This document shows, one piece after another, positions 9,720 to 19,917 of a stretch of 20,000 nucleotides of DNA. The notes under the pieces were generated by a model. The model searched no databases, was not told the origin of the DNA, and saw only the letters and a program-made list of their open reading frames with translations. The stretch is from Vicugna vicugna (taxonomy: Eukaryota). The position numbers and the translations under genes are program-made. The stretch is taken from positions 300,689 through 320,688 of the forward strand of contig MU058198.1 in the NCBI GenBank assembly GCA_013265495.1. The letters are read 5' to 3'. The stretch's first letter is position 1. The number at the start of each line of letters is the position of its first letter.

Positions 9720-9767
9720 ATGATTGACTTTACGAGTCAGTGCAAGCTGGCTCCAGTGCGCCGCATG
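9720..9767 (-). mobile_element. MER63-like (hAT) terminal fragment
   Basis: 'acgagtcagtgcaagctggctccagtgcgcc' resembles the reverse complement of the MER63 terminus as I recall it. Confidence 0.35.
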
Positions 9768-9907
9768 ACCCCCATTTCACAGACAAAGAAACGGAGGCTT
9801 AGAGATGGTGAGCTAACTCTCCCAGGCTCACACCTGTAGAGGGTGGCAAAGCCAGGACTTAAACCCAGGTCTGTATGACTCCAGGGCCTGAGCTCTTAGC
9901 CATCATA
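9768..9907 (-). mobile_element. MIR
   Basis: 'ccccatttcacagacaaagaaacggaggcttagaga', 'ggcaaagccaggacttaaacccaggtctg...gactccag'. Confidence 0.85.
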
Positions 9908-9928
9908 GGTCCTTCCCCTGTGGGGTAA

Positions 9929-10080
9929 AGCAGTATGCCACGGTGGAAAGAACTCCTGCCTGGTGGTCAGGTGACCTAGCTCTCCTAGTATCTCCTTTCT
10001 GCCACTGAAAGCTGTGTGACCTTGGACCACTCACTCAACCTCTCTGTGCTGTAGTTTTCTCATCTATAAAATAGGATTGG
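9929..10080 (+). mobile_element. MIR
   Basis: 'gctgtgtgaccttggaccactcactcaacctctctgtgctgtagttttctcatctataaaatagg'. Confidence 0.85.
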
Positions 10081-10744
10081 TTCAAATCACTCCCCTTCCA
10101 GTTCATATTATAACCAGGAATCAAAAGCCTGAAATGTAACCTACATTTCTATTTTAGGAGGAGGAAACAAGAAGAACCACATAAAAAGAAACTTCTGGTG
10201 AATATTGCCTTGTGAGGCTCTGGCCTGGGCCCGGCCCTGGTTGCACAGTGTTGCCCAAACACTGCTGTTCAACAAAACCTGGGCAGGAAACCCTTTTGAC
10301 ACACACACAGAGGCCAGGATTCTGCTGAGAGAGTTAAGGCTGACAGCAGCTCAGGGCAAGTTAAAGAGGGACTCTCATTAAAAAACTGACATTTGCCTTG
10401 TCGGGGGCCTTGCTTGTTCTGGTTTCAGGTGGTATGATCATCAAATACAAAGTGCTGTCAGGAGAGGCTCGGGGCATGACTCGCCCCAGGCAGATTCCAC
10501 GTAGCAGGCCCCATCAGCACGTGACTCTGGGCACCTCAGACCATCACCATTTTCGCTACTAAAAAATGTCCTAAATTCCTTCTATGTTCATCTGCCTGGG
10601 GCATGGTTGAGACCAAAGTATCACATATTGAAACACAAATTGGATTCTAAGGCCAAATCCTTACGGCTCAATCTCAGTTGCTCCCTAACCTCTCCTCCTT
10701 TTTGGACCCCTCCCCTCTCAGTTCCCGCCCTCAACCTCCTGGTC

Positions 10745-11157
10745 ACCACTATTCAATGTATAGTATTTGCCAGGCACTTTCCCTGCCTGATCTTGGTTTA
10801 TCAAGAGGTAATGAAGTGGAGTGGCTCAGTGCACAGCCTCTGGAGCTGGACCAGTCTGGGTTCAAATCCCAGTTCTGTGGCCTCGGGCATGTAACTTAAT
10901 GCATGCCTCAGTTTCCCCATCCATAAAATGGGATGATGATAATGGTGACGACAATAAAATCCTTAGCACCGTGCCTGGCACATGGTGAGTGCTCTGTGGG
11001 TCAGCTCTCACTGTCATCTTCACAAGAATGCAGTGAGCATTATTATCCCTAATTCACAGGTGAGGAGATGGACCCAAGTCCAGGCAGCCGGTAAATGGTG
11101 AAGTCAGGGCCTTAACCAAGTCAGTCTAACTCAAAAGCTAACATTCTTTCCACAACG
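10745..11157 (-). mobile_element. MIR split by an oppositely oriented MIR
   Basis: Antisense 3' part 'tttgccaggcacttt' (~10745-10802) and antisense core 'attattatccctaattcacaggtgagga...ggtaaatggtgaagtcaggg' (~11014-11157). Confidence 0.6.
10803..11010 (+). mobile_element. MIR
   Basis: 'ctgggttcaaatcccagttctg', 'gcctcagtttccccatccataaaatggg', 'cttagcaccgtgcctggcacatggtgagtgctc'. Confidence 0.9.
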
Positions 11158-11849
11158 ATATATATTCAATTCAAAAAACATCTACTGAGTTCCTTCTAAG
11201 TGCTAAAGATACAGAGAATCAATAACAAAAACTGATGTTATAGAGGGTCCGGCCACGCCTTGTGCATGGACAGAATGCAGAGGGGGACTCCTCCTGTTGA
11301 CCCCAGAGCCGGCTGCCTGGGCCCAGTACCAGGGAGCCAGCAACAACTGAGCCCAACACCTTGCTCTGGGATTGTTGAGGCAAAGATGGATCCTTCAGTA
11401 TTCAAAACCATCCCCATTCCCCGCCTCTCTAAGTAGAAGGGGAGGCATTAGCCGAGCAGGGAGAACTGGGGCTGGTCCCTGCCCATCCACATAAAACAGA
11501 GAGAGATGGCTGCCAAGAGGGTCACTTGCAAAGATGAGCCGCCTCCTCCAGAAGGGGAGACCGGCCCCTTTCTCTCCACGGGCTTCTGCTTAGCCAGGGG
11601 TCTTGCTCGTCTGCCCTGCACCTTCCTGATCACAGGAATGGAGAAATGGAGCAGGAAGGGGGAACATGGGAGATTCTGCACTTGGAGCCCTCGAGGTGGC
11701 AAGTGCGGTGATGCTGAGAGTGCACCCCGATCCCGCCCTGACCTCAACCACTGCTGGGGATGGCCGAGCTCCCCGTGGCTGGCCCTCAGACTCTGCCTGA
11801 GTCATCTCTGGCCACTAGAGTCCTCTCTCCTCGGGTGCATAAGGCAGGC

Positions 11850-12128
11850 TCAAGGAGCCAGGGAACGTGCGGAAGGACTCCTGGATGCATCCTTCAACTC
11901 ATGCCTGCTGGGAGCTAGTGAATGCATGCCCTGGCGTCCCCACCCCTCAGGCAGCTGACGCGCAGCATCAGGATCAAGCTCCGGATGCCCACAGTGGGAA
12001 CTCACCTGATAACACGCCCCTTACTGGAGGTCTCGTTTCCCCTCTTCCCTCTGGTTTTTCTTGGCACCACTCCCCAAACAAAACTCTTGGTCTCAAAGTC
12101 TATTTCCAGGGAAGCCCAACCTAAGCCA
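11850..12128 (+). mobile_element. LTR16-like (ERVL) LTR, 3' part
   Basis: 'ggatcaagctccggatgcccacagtgggaactcacctgataacacgccc' and end 'gggaagcccaacctaagcca' match the LTR16 3' end; 5' boundary uncertain. Confidence 0.7.
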
Positions 12129-12793
12129 GTAGATGACTTTCCCATGGGTCAGTGAGCCCCGAGAGGGTGGCTGGGATTGGGCCCACCCTCCAGGGCTGCT
12201 CCTCCAGTGAAGGGACCCCAACGGGAAGAGGCCGTGGACGGGATGAAGGAGGCCAGGCCTCTGAACATCCTCCCTGGGACTTCTGGAGCTTTTGGAAGAA
12301 AGATCTCTCTTTCCACTTGTGTGCCCCGCTGGTGGGAGGCAAGCCCGGGGCAACGGGCAGCCACTTTTGCTTCCCAGGGGAAGGGTCTTCCTGAGAAGAA
12401 AGACAACTGAGGAAGGCTGGGGGACATTCCAGCTGAGAAAGAGTCCCAGGACACAACCCGGACCCCAGGCTCAGTGGTGCCTGGAGGCCACACAACCGCA
12501 GACCTTCCTCTCTGGCCAAAGCTAGTTTGAGAAGGGTTCTGTCAGATTTGGGGGGCCACCTAAGAGAGTAAATCTCTCTACTTCAGAGTCACGGAATTTT
12601 CTTTTTCTCTTGCTCAACCGAAACAGCAATTCCCAAACTGACACTTGTCTTGGTTACTGAATCAGATTGTCCTTTGGGCATTTCCAAAAATCTGATCAGT
12701 TTGGTGCTGCTGAGGGAAGCCACCAGCTCACCCCTCAGACTCTGGAGGCTCTCCTAAGAGGCTGTGAGCAAATGCAGAATCCCTTTTAATAGC

Positions 12794-12912
12794 AGAGAGG
12801 GTCTAGCTCAGTGGTAGAGTGTGTATTTAGCATGCACAAGGTCCTGGGTTCAATCCCCAGTACCTCCATTAAAGTAAATAAAAAACTAATTACCTACCCC
12901 CCCAAAAAAGAA
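12794..12912 (+). mobile_element. tRNA-Ala(AGC)-derived SINE, vic-1 type, copy 2
   Basis: A box TAGCTCAGTGG (12804-12814), B box GGTTCAATCCC (12847-12857), then 'agtacctcca', A-rich linker and 'ctaattacctaccccccc' tail. Confidence 0.9.
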
Positions 12913-13104
12913 CTGTATTAGAATTCCTTTAAAATGAATTCCTTAAAAGGAATGACTCCAAAGGCTGCAAGAAGCAAGACACACATTGATACAAAAATGT
13001 GGGTATACTTATAAGAAATACAGTCTTGTCACATTCAAGTTACATGGGGTAAGCCAATTTACAAAGTCCTCAGCCAGGACCTTCTCCTAAATAGATTATT
13101 TCAC

Positions 13105-13305
13105 AGAGGTTATGGATGTGGGCTTGAAGTCAGTCTCAGGGTTAAGTCCCTATTCCCACTGTGCAACTTTGGGTAAGTTACTTAACCTCTCTGAGCCTCA
13201 GGGCCCCCATCTATAAAATGCAGGTGCCAGTGCTACCCGTCTGATGGGGTAACATAAGTATTACACTCTGGTACGTGGTGAGGATACAGAACACACTTAT
13301 TGCTA
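13105..13305 (+). mobile_element. MIR
   Basis: 'tgtgcaactttgggtaagttacttaacctctctgagcctcag...catctataaaatg'. Confidence 0.85.
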
Positions 13306-14079
13306 ACCCCTTCTGAATCCTATGTGGCAAAGGCCACACACACAGACTTCACTTCCTAAGCCACAGGGCTCTGAAATTACAGGCATCAAATGTCTACAAG
13401 GCGTTCCTTTGGACAAAGCAAATCTCACATTAAGGCAGTTTTCAGAAACATAAATATCCAGCAGCTGGGTGTGCAAATATCACTTTTGACTAAGCACATT
13501 TTCTTCTTCTGGGCTCAAAGCAAACAATCTTCCTCAGCAGGCAATCTGGCTTGGTAATAAAAGACACGACACCCCACACGACTCAGAATTATCCCCCAAG
13601 AACAGCTAGGAGCATATAACCCGCGTCTGTTCCTTCCCCGAAAGGCTCCACAAAACATAATTCCAATGGCAGCCCAGACCCGGCTTGCAGGCAGCCACGC
13701 CAGCTCATTAAACCATCACAGCAGCCGGCCAGTGAGACCACACCTCAGACCTGTCTGTCCAGCTTGAGCACAAACCCTTTCTACTTGCCACTGGCCACCC
13801 AAGTGCTTCTCAGATCGAGGTCCACAGTTCACCTCCATCAGCATCTCCCAGCTCATCCACTCAAGTGCACGTTCACCCAAGACTTAGGAAATTGGAATCT
13901 GTGAGGCTGAGGCCTGGGAGCCCCACGGCCACAGCTCCTGCCAATTCTGAGGCTGGTGATATAAGACCACAAGAGCATCTCACAGGAATCGCCCTGTCTG
14001 AGAGCCCCTGAACCTGGCGTTTAGTCTAAGGGCTGGTTCTGGGCATTCAAGACTGCCTTCAAATTGTCTCCCAAGCTGG

Positions 14080-14170
14080 TCACTCGTCCATGCCACCTCA
14101 CATCCGGGTCCCGGTCAGCACCACCTCCCGCCGGAGAGACCGCAGCATATGACCCCTAACTGGTGTTCCC
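14080..14170 (+). mobile_element. LINE-2 fragment (left part of an L2 split by L1)
   Basis: 'caccacctcccgccggagagaccgcagca...cccctaactggt' resembles L2 'catcatctctcacctggactactgcaatagcctcctaactggt'. Confidence 0.5.
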
Positions 14171-14171
14171 C

Positions 14172-15280
14172 AACATTTTATTGTGAACAGGATCAAATAC
14201 AAAGAACCTGAAATAATAGTACAGTGAACCCCTTCAGATCCATCCTACAATGAACAGTAGCAAATATTAATTCTACAACTAGTATTTTTAAAATATGCTA
14301 CATTTGCTTTATTGCACATCTATCAATCTTTTTTGAGCGCACTTCCCCCAGAACACTTCAGCAGCAGTTAATATCATTAACCAGATTTCAGTGTTTATGG
14401 CTCTTTTATTTTTCAGATAAAATACATATGCAATGAAATGTACAAATCTTAGGTGTATTTGATGAGTTCAAATGCATACACCTGTGTATGCAACACCTTA
14501 TCACAATTAGTCCGGAAATTTCCCTCTTCCAGTCAGTGCCCTTTCCCACCACCCGAGGCACAACCATCGTTTTGATTGTTTCACCATAGATTAGTCTTGT
14601 CAGTCCTTGAACTTCATGTAAATGCAATCATGTATATATATGTGCTCTCTTGAATCTGGCTTCTATTTTGCATAATGACTGTCTGCATAATGTTCCACTT
14701 AGCATACTGTTTGTGACATTCAGCCAAGCTGTGTGTATCAGTCCTTCTTCCTTCTTATTGCTGAATAATGTTCCATTAAGTGAATATACCATCGTTTGTT
14801 ACCCTTTCTCCTGTTGATGGATGCCTGGGAAATTTCTAGTTTGGGGCTATTGTATGTAAAGCTGCTCTGAATATTCATGTACACGTTTTTGTGTGGACAT
14901 GACACTTACATTCCTCTTGGGAGTGACACTGCTGGATCACGGGGTAGATATCTGTTTAGTTTTACAAGAAAACTACTAGGATTTCTTCCTAAGTGTTGGC
15001 ATCACATGATACTCCCACGGCACTGTATGCGCATTCCAGTGGCTCCTTATCCTCACCAACACTGGATGTCAGTCTTTGTAATTCTAGACATTCTGGTAGG
15101 TGGGGTGTACTGGTATCTTTCTGAGGTTTGAACCTGCATTTCTCTGATGGATAATGAAGCTGACCACTTGCCATGTGCTTACAGACCACCTGCATGTGTC
15201 TTCTTCTGTGAAGCATCTGCCCATTTTAGAGTTGGGTTTTGTCTTTTATTGTTGAATCATTGGAGTTCTTTACATATTTT
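14172..15280 (-). mobile_element. Ancient LINE-1 3' regions (L1MC/ME-like, probably two adjacent pieces)
   Basis: T-rich starts at ~14176 and ~14404; 'aatgaaatgtacaaatcttagg', 'cttattgctgaataatgttccatt', 'cctgttgatggatgcctggg', 'gcattccagtggctccttatcctcaccaacac', 'tgcatttctctgatg'. Confidence 0.85.
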
Positions 15281-15284
15281 GTGT

Positions 15285-15640
15285 GTCCCCCAGAGATAGT
15301 TCTCTGCAGGCAGCCTGATTGGGTCATCCCTCCTTCTCAAAACACTCCAGGGCTTCCCATCACACTTAGAAAGAAAATCCAAGTCTTCACCTCAGCCTAC
15401 AAGGTCAACGTGATGCAGTCTTTTATACCAGTTCAACCTCACCTGCTGCTCTCCCCTTGCTCACTCTACTCCGGCCTTCAACACACCAAGCCAGCCCCTG
15501 CTGCAGGGCCTTTGCACTTCCTATATTCATTCACTGTTTGGAATGTTTGTCCCCTGGACATCCTCCAGGTTCACTCCCTCAACCCTTCTAGCTTTCTAAT
15601 AAATGTCATTCCTCACCCATCTAGAACAGCTTTCCCACTC
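15285..15640 (+). mobile_element. LINE-2 fragment (right part)
   Basis: 'ctcaaaacactccagggcttcccatcacacttagaaagaaaatccaagtc', 'cagggcctttgcactt'. Confidence 0.8.
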
Positions 15641-15782
15641 TCACCACCCAAATATTCAGTGACTATAAATGAAAGGTTTACCTATGTACAATATTTTTAT
15701 TGTATATTTGTAATGTACTGTATATTTACAATATCCCTTAATTTGAGGGACTTTCACATCCAGAAGCTACTTTCTCCTGAGA

Positions 15783-15893
15783 AGACTTTAGGTTTACTTA
15801 TTTTATTTATTTTTAGAGGAGGTACTGGGGATTGAACCCAGGACCTTGTGCATGCTAAGCATGCACTCTACCACTTGAGCTATACCCTCCCCC
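15783..15893 (-). mobile_element. tRNA-Ala(AGC)-derived SINE, vic-1 type, copy 3
   Basis: Reverse complement reads gggggagggtatagctcaagtggtagagtgcatgcttagcatgcacaaggtcctgggttcaatccccagtacctcc; 11-bp TSD TTCTCCTGAGA at 15772-15782 and 15894-15904. Confidence 0.9.
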
Positions 15894-16169
15894 TTCTCCT
15901 GAGATTTTGTATCTCTACAGATGGACTGCAAGGGAGGGAGGTAGAAAGTACTACGTCTCCACTTGACATGATCAAACCAGGACTCACAAGGTTACATGAC
16001 TCCAGTCACAACAGAACCAGTGAAAGGGCTGGAATAAGAACTCTGGACCCTCCTAATGCTGTGTGAGGTTCTGGCATGTGCCCACACCTCTGTCTGCTCC
16101 CCCTCCTTTGTCCTTCCTGCCCAAACCACTTGATCCCAAGAGAACATGAACATTCTTCATCCTGAATAT

Positions 16170-16695
16170 TTTTCTGGCTCAAAAACAGACTGAAGAAATA
16201 TCTGTGCATCCATGCTCAGCAGCCTTATTCACAAAAACCAAAAGGTGGGAACAACCAATCAATGGATGAATGAATAAACAAACAAAATGTGGTCCATTCA
16301 TACAGTGGAATATTACGCAGCCTACAAAAGAAGGGACTCCTGCCACACGCTACAGGGTGGATGACCATTGAAGACATGATGCTAAGTGAAATAAACTGGT
16401 CACAAAGAGATCAATATTGTATAATTCCACTTATAGGAGGTACCCAGAGTAGTCAAATAATTCAGAGAAGCAGAAAGCAGAATGGTGGTTGCCAGGGGCG
16501 GGGGGCAGTGGGGTGTGGGGAGCTATTGTTTAATGGGGACAGTTTCATTCTTGCAAGATGAATAGTTCAGCAGATGTTCTACATTCTGCACAACAGCATG
16601 AATGGACTTAATACCAATGAACCGTACACTCAAAAACGGATATGATGGTTAGTGTTACGTTATGCGTTTTGTAACAATTATTAATAATGTTTTTA
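16170..16695 (+). mobile_element. L1MB-like LINE-1 3' region
   Basis: 'atggatgaatgaataaacaaacaaaatgtggtccattcatacagtggaatatta', 'atgctaagtgaaataa', 'gaatggtggttgccagggg'. Confidence 0.9.
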
Positions 16696-17471
16696 AAGAG
16701 TTGAGCCTACGTGGACTTCACCTCTAAATGGCCAAAGCATCAATTCGCTTCAGTCCGCTCGGATGAGAGAACTTCTCTCGGTGGCCAGTATGACTTCTTA
16801 CCACAACAATCACCCCACGCGCTTCGTATTTCTCTCTGCATTTCTATTACCTTTCAGTCCAACCTTATCAATGAGACCAAAAACTCTGCAGTAGCTCCAA
16901 TAGTTGCTAATTTCCTGAATGCCGAGTTCAAAGGCACAAAACAGCTGGGACATCCTGCCATGAGCCGGCGGATGCCTATATGCTGTTCCCATAAGCCCGC
17001 CCTTCCCACGGGTCCTTGACGGCAGAGACCACAGAACTAATCAGACCCTCGGGGTCACTCAGACCCACCCAGCATGAAGTTCAGCTGAAAACGAGAAACT
17101 GCCCAGCTTTGGCCTCCACCAAACTGCATCTTCCCCTCCCGTCCAACTGACCAACTGAGTGCTTTGGTGAAGGCAGACGCCGGCCATCGATGGAAATCAG
17201 CGACGACATCCATTCTAATGGCCTCGGTGCACTGGGTGATGAGGGTTTGGGTTTCTGTCTCCAATGCAGGCCTGTTTCACTTGATGTGGATTTTTGTTCA
17301 AAACCAGTATCTCCTTTTCCACATTTAGAATGAAACGCAAAACAGCTCCCTGGAGATCTGCCCCACACGCCCTCTGCTCTCTGGCTGTCCCCTGACCCCA
17401 ACCACTGTCTCTCCCTGCAAAACCCTCCTCCCCGCAAAGGGACCAGCCCATCCTCCCCTTCACCCGTGGCA

Positions 17472-17643
17472 GGCACTATGGCACTGTGTTGGGGGGCTGT
17501 CTTGTGCATTGTAGGATGTGAGGCAGCACCCCTGGTCTCTACCCACCAGATGCCAGCAGCACTCTCCCATCCACCAAACCTCAAATGTCTCCCAGCACTG
17601 CCAAATGTCCTGGGGCCAAAACTGTCCCTGTTCAGAAGCACTG
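17472..17643 (-). mobile_element. MER20 DNA transposon
   Basis: 'ggggctgtcttgtgcattgtaggatgtg...ctctacccaccagatgccagcagcac...tgccaaatgtcctgggg...cagaagcactg'. Confidence 0.85.
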
Positions 17644-17903
17644 TTCTATAGTATAGGAGCTTCAGGGAGGCCCACGGCTGCCTGATGGAAAATCAGATTT
17701 CCCCGTCTGGTCCCCGCCAATGCCTAGCGATCTGGGCTGGCTGCAGGAGGAAATGCTGCAGTGAGATCCAGGACCCAGAGTCCCCTCCCCACCACAGATC
17801 ACCAGGCTGAGGCTCAGCCGTGCTCAAGACCACGCCTCGCTCAGCTGTCTCCCTCCACCTAGACCGCTGCGTGCCCTCCCTTGCAGGGCTCTCGCCTGCA
17901 TCC

Positions 17904-18345
17904 CGTTTTGGGGTGAACTGTGTCTCTCAAAAGATATGTTGATGATCTAACTGCCAGTATCTCAAAATGTGACTTTATTTGGAAACAGGGTCGTGGCAGA
18001 TGTGATTACTGAACATGAGGTCACCCTGAGGTAGGGTGGGCCCCTAATCCGACATGACTTATGTCCTTCCAAGAAAAGACACAAACACACACAAAGGCTA
18101 TGTGAGGAGAGAGGCAGAGGGCAGAGTGAGGCAGCGACAAGCCAAGGAACGCTGAGGCTTGCCAACAACCACCACCAGCCACCAGGAGCTGGAAAGAGAC
18201 CAGGAAGGACCCCCTCCAGGTTTCAGAGGAAGCACAGCTCTGCCAGCACCTTGCAAACCTCCAGATCATGAGGCAATAAATTTCTGTAGTTTTAAGCCAC
18301 CCGATTTGCGGTGCTTTGTCACAGCAGACCCAGGAAACTGACCCA
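17904..18345 (+). mobile_element. MLT1C-like (MaLR) solo LTR, full length
   Basis: 'caaaagatatgttg', 'aatgtgactttatttggaaacagggtc', 'agggtgggcccctaatcc', 'caagccaaggaacgc', AATAAA in 'caataaatttctgtagttttaagccacc', end 'ggaaactgaccca'. Confidence 0.9.
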
Positions 18346-18490
18346 CACCAAAATCCTTATCTCAAGCGCTGCTTCCAGGGCCCCCAACTGCAGACAGCTG
18401 ACCTCCCGCTCAGTGTAAATTCCAGAGCAAGCTTGAGACGGGAGATGTGAGTCCACGCTTCCCTCAGTTTCCATAAGCCTTTCTTTACAC

Positions 18491-18549
18491 GAGAAGGAAG
18501 AAGAAAGAGAAGAAAGGGAGGAATGAGGAAGGAAGGAGAGAAGAAAGAA
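18491..18549. repeat. GA-rich low-complexity tract
   Basis: Almost pure purine run 'gagaaggaagaagaaagagaagaaagggaggaatgaggaaggaaggagagaagaaagaa'. Confidence 0.8.
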
Positions 18550-18574
18550 TGCACTTTGGGGATCCTTCTGTCCT

Positions 18575-19180
18575 TCCATCTTCTACCCACTCAATAAATA
18601 TTGCTGAGCGCACAGCGGCATTTTCCAGGAGTAGAGACAGAGAAGTGAACAAAACAGACAAAAATCACCACCCTCACGGGGTGTACGTACTAGCAGGGGA
18701 GACAGACAATCAAATGTACAGTCTATGGGATGATGACAAGTGCCATGGAGAAAAATAAAGCAGGAGGAGGGGGCATGGAGCTCCGGGGAGGGCTGCCAGT
18801 GGGGTCAGCTACAGACGCTCCCACGGGCCCATCTGGGCCAGGTCTCAGCTCGGGCAGAGAGCAGCATACCCGGCCTCCTTCCCTCTTCTGCCCCACTCTT
18901 CTGGGAGGTTTGGAAGCCCACCTGGCCAGGGTGCAAGGACGGGTTCTACGCTCCAGCAGAATGAAAGTCCATGCCACCCCAGTGCCTTCAGAACCACCAC
19001 TGACTTTGACCTCCATCCCTGTCTCCTCCTCAGCGCTCATTCCTGCTTCCGGGAATCACCTTCTAAATTAACGACCTGCACCCGGGCCCCTGCGTTGGCC
19101 TCAGCTTTCAGGAGAAGCAAACCAGGACAGATGTGCCCGGAAGACTGTCCACTTCAGACCAGGTGACATTTCAGCCAAGA
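18575..19180 (-). mobile_element. LINE-2 3' region interrupted by an LTR16-like element
   Basis: 'cactcaataaatattgctgag', 'gtgaacaaaacagacaaaaatc', 'ggagaaaaataaagcagg'; resumes 'aggtgacatttcagccaagacct' at ~19160. Confidence 0.75.
18850..19129 (+). mobile_element. LTR16-like (ERVL) LTR fragment
   Basis: 'cctgcttccgggaatcaccttctaaattaacgacctgcaccc...aagcaaaccaggaca' resembles the LTR16 3' end; 5' boundary uncertain. Confidence 0.6.
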
Positions 19181-19405
19181 CCTAATGGAGCCAAGGTGTG
19201 GGGATGTCCAATCTCTCCACCTCCAGGGCCTTCATGGATGTGGAGAGTGGAGATGGCAATATGGATTTTATTTTGTCAGGTGGATGTCTCTCATTCAATG
19301 CAATTTTCTTGATGGTTGAAAATCCAGCCATATCAAATATCAAGAGGGATACACGGAAAGCATCAAATCTATCCTGATCATGTGAAGGGAAGGAGGATCT
19401 GGGAT

Positions 19406-19867
19406 TACAGCAGACACTGTCAACATTGTGCCCACCTTCTCCTGGCCGTGGCCACTTCAGGGTGCATGGGCCTGCATCCACCTGCCAGTCCCTGCACTTT
19501 TTCTGCATTTGTGAATGTCAAAGGCCTCTTTACCTGCCAGTGTAACAGGCCAGAAATGCCAGGGAATGACTCTTTCCATCCCCCAACAGCCCTCATTCAG
19601 TGGCTGAAAGGAGATGGTGTATAAACACCCCAGCTCCCTCACCCCTCAGGTGGAAAGGCTCTTAGGAGTGTGTCGGACACTGGCTCCCAGTTTCCCCAGC
19701 AGATTTCAGTTCCAGTCAGCCAGGGGCAGCCAGCCTAATAACTACATCCTTTATGTGACTTTCCCACCCTCTCCTAGTGTTTTCTCCGGTGTCACCTCCC
19801 TAAAAAATGACTTCCTCTTAAAGTCTTCTCGGGGTCTTCTTTTTCTTAGGGAATCCAAACTAAAAGA
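19406..19867 (+). mobile_element. LTR16C-like (ERVL) solo LTR, near full length
   Basis: Start 'tacagcagacactgtc'; internal 'ggccagaaatgccagggaat', 'ggtgtataaacaccccagctccctcacccctc'; end 'gggaatccaaactaaaaga'. Confidence 0.8.
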
Positions 19868-19886
19868 GCAATAGCTTTGAAGATGT

Positions 19887-19912
<26 letters not shown>
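19887..19912 (+). repeat. (AC)13 microsatellite
   Basis: Uninterrupted AC run read directly. Confidence 0.97.

Positions 19913-19917
<5 letters not shown>

Noticed and set aside
11448..12525. Dense overlapping ORFs on both strands
   Set aside because: Explained by high GC content and an LTR16-like element; no coherent protein or splice structure recognised
15684..15750. Small AT-rich inverted repeats (atgtacaata-tttt-tattgtatat; tccct...aggga)
   Set aside because: Short and low-complexity; chance or a tiny transposon remnant cannot be distinguished
15239..15835. Longest ORF (198 aa, +)
   Set aside because: Starts at a non-ATG codon and runs through L1, L2 and SINE relics; no recognisable protein similarity
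17081..17641. 186-aa ORF on the - strand
   Set aside because: The N-terminal part is translated MER20 sequence; the rest looks like chance GC-rich open frame
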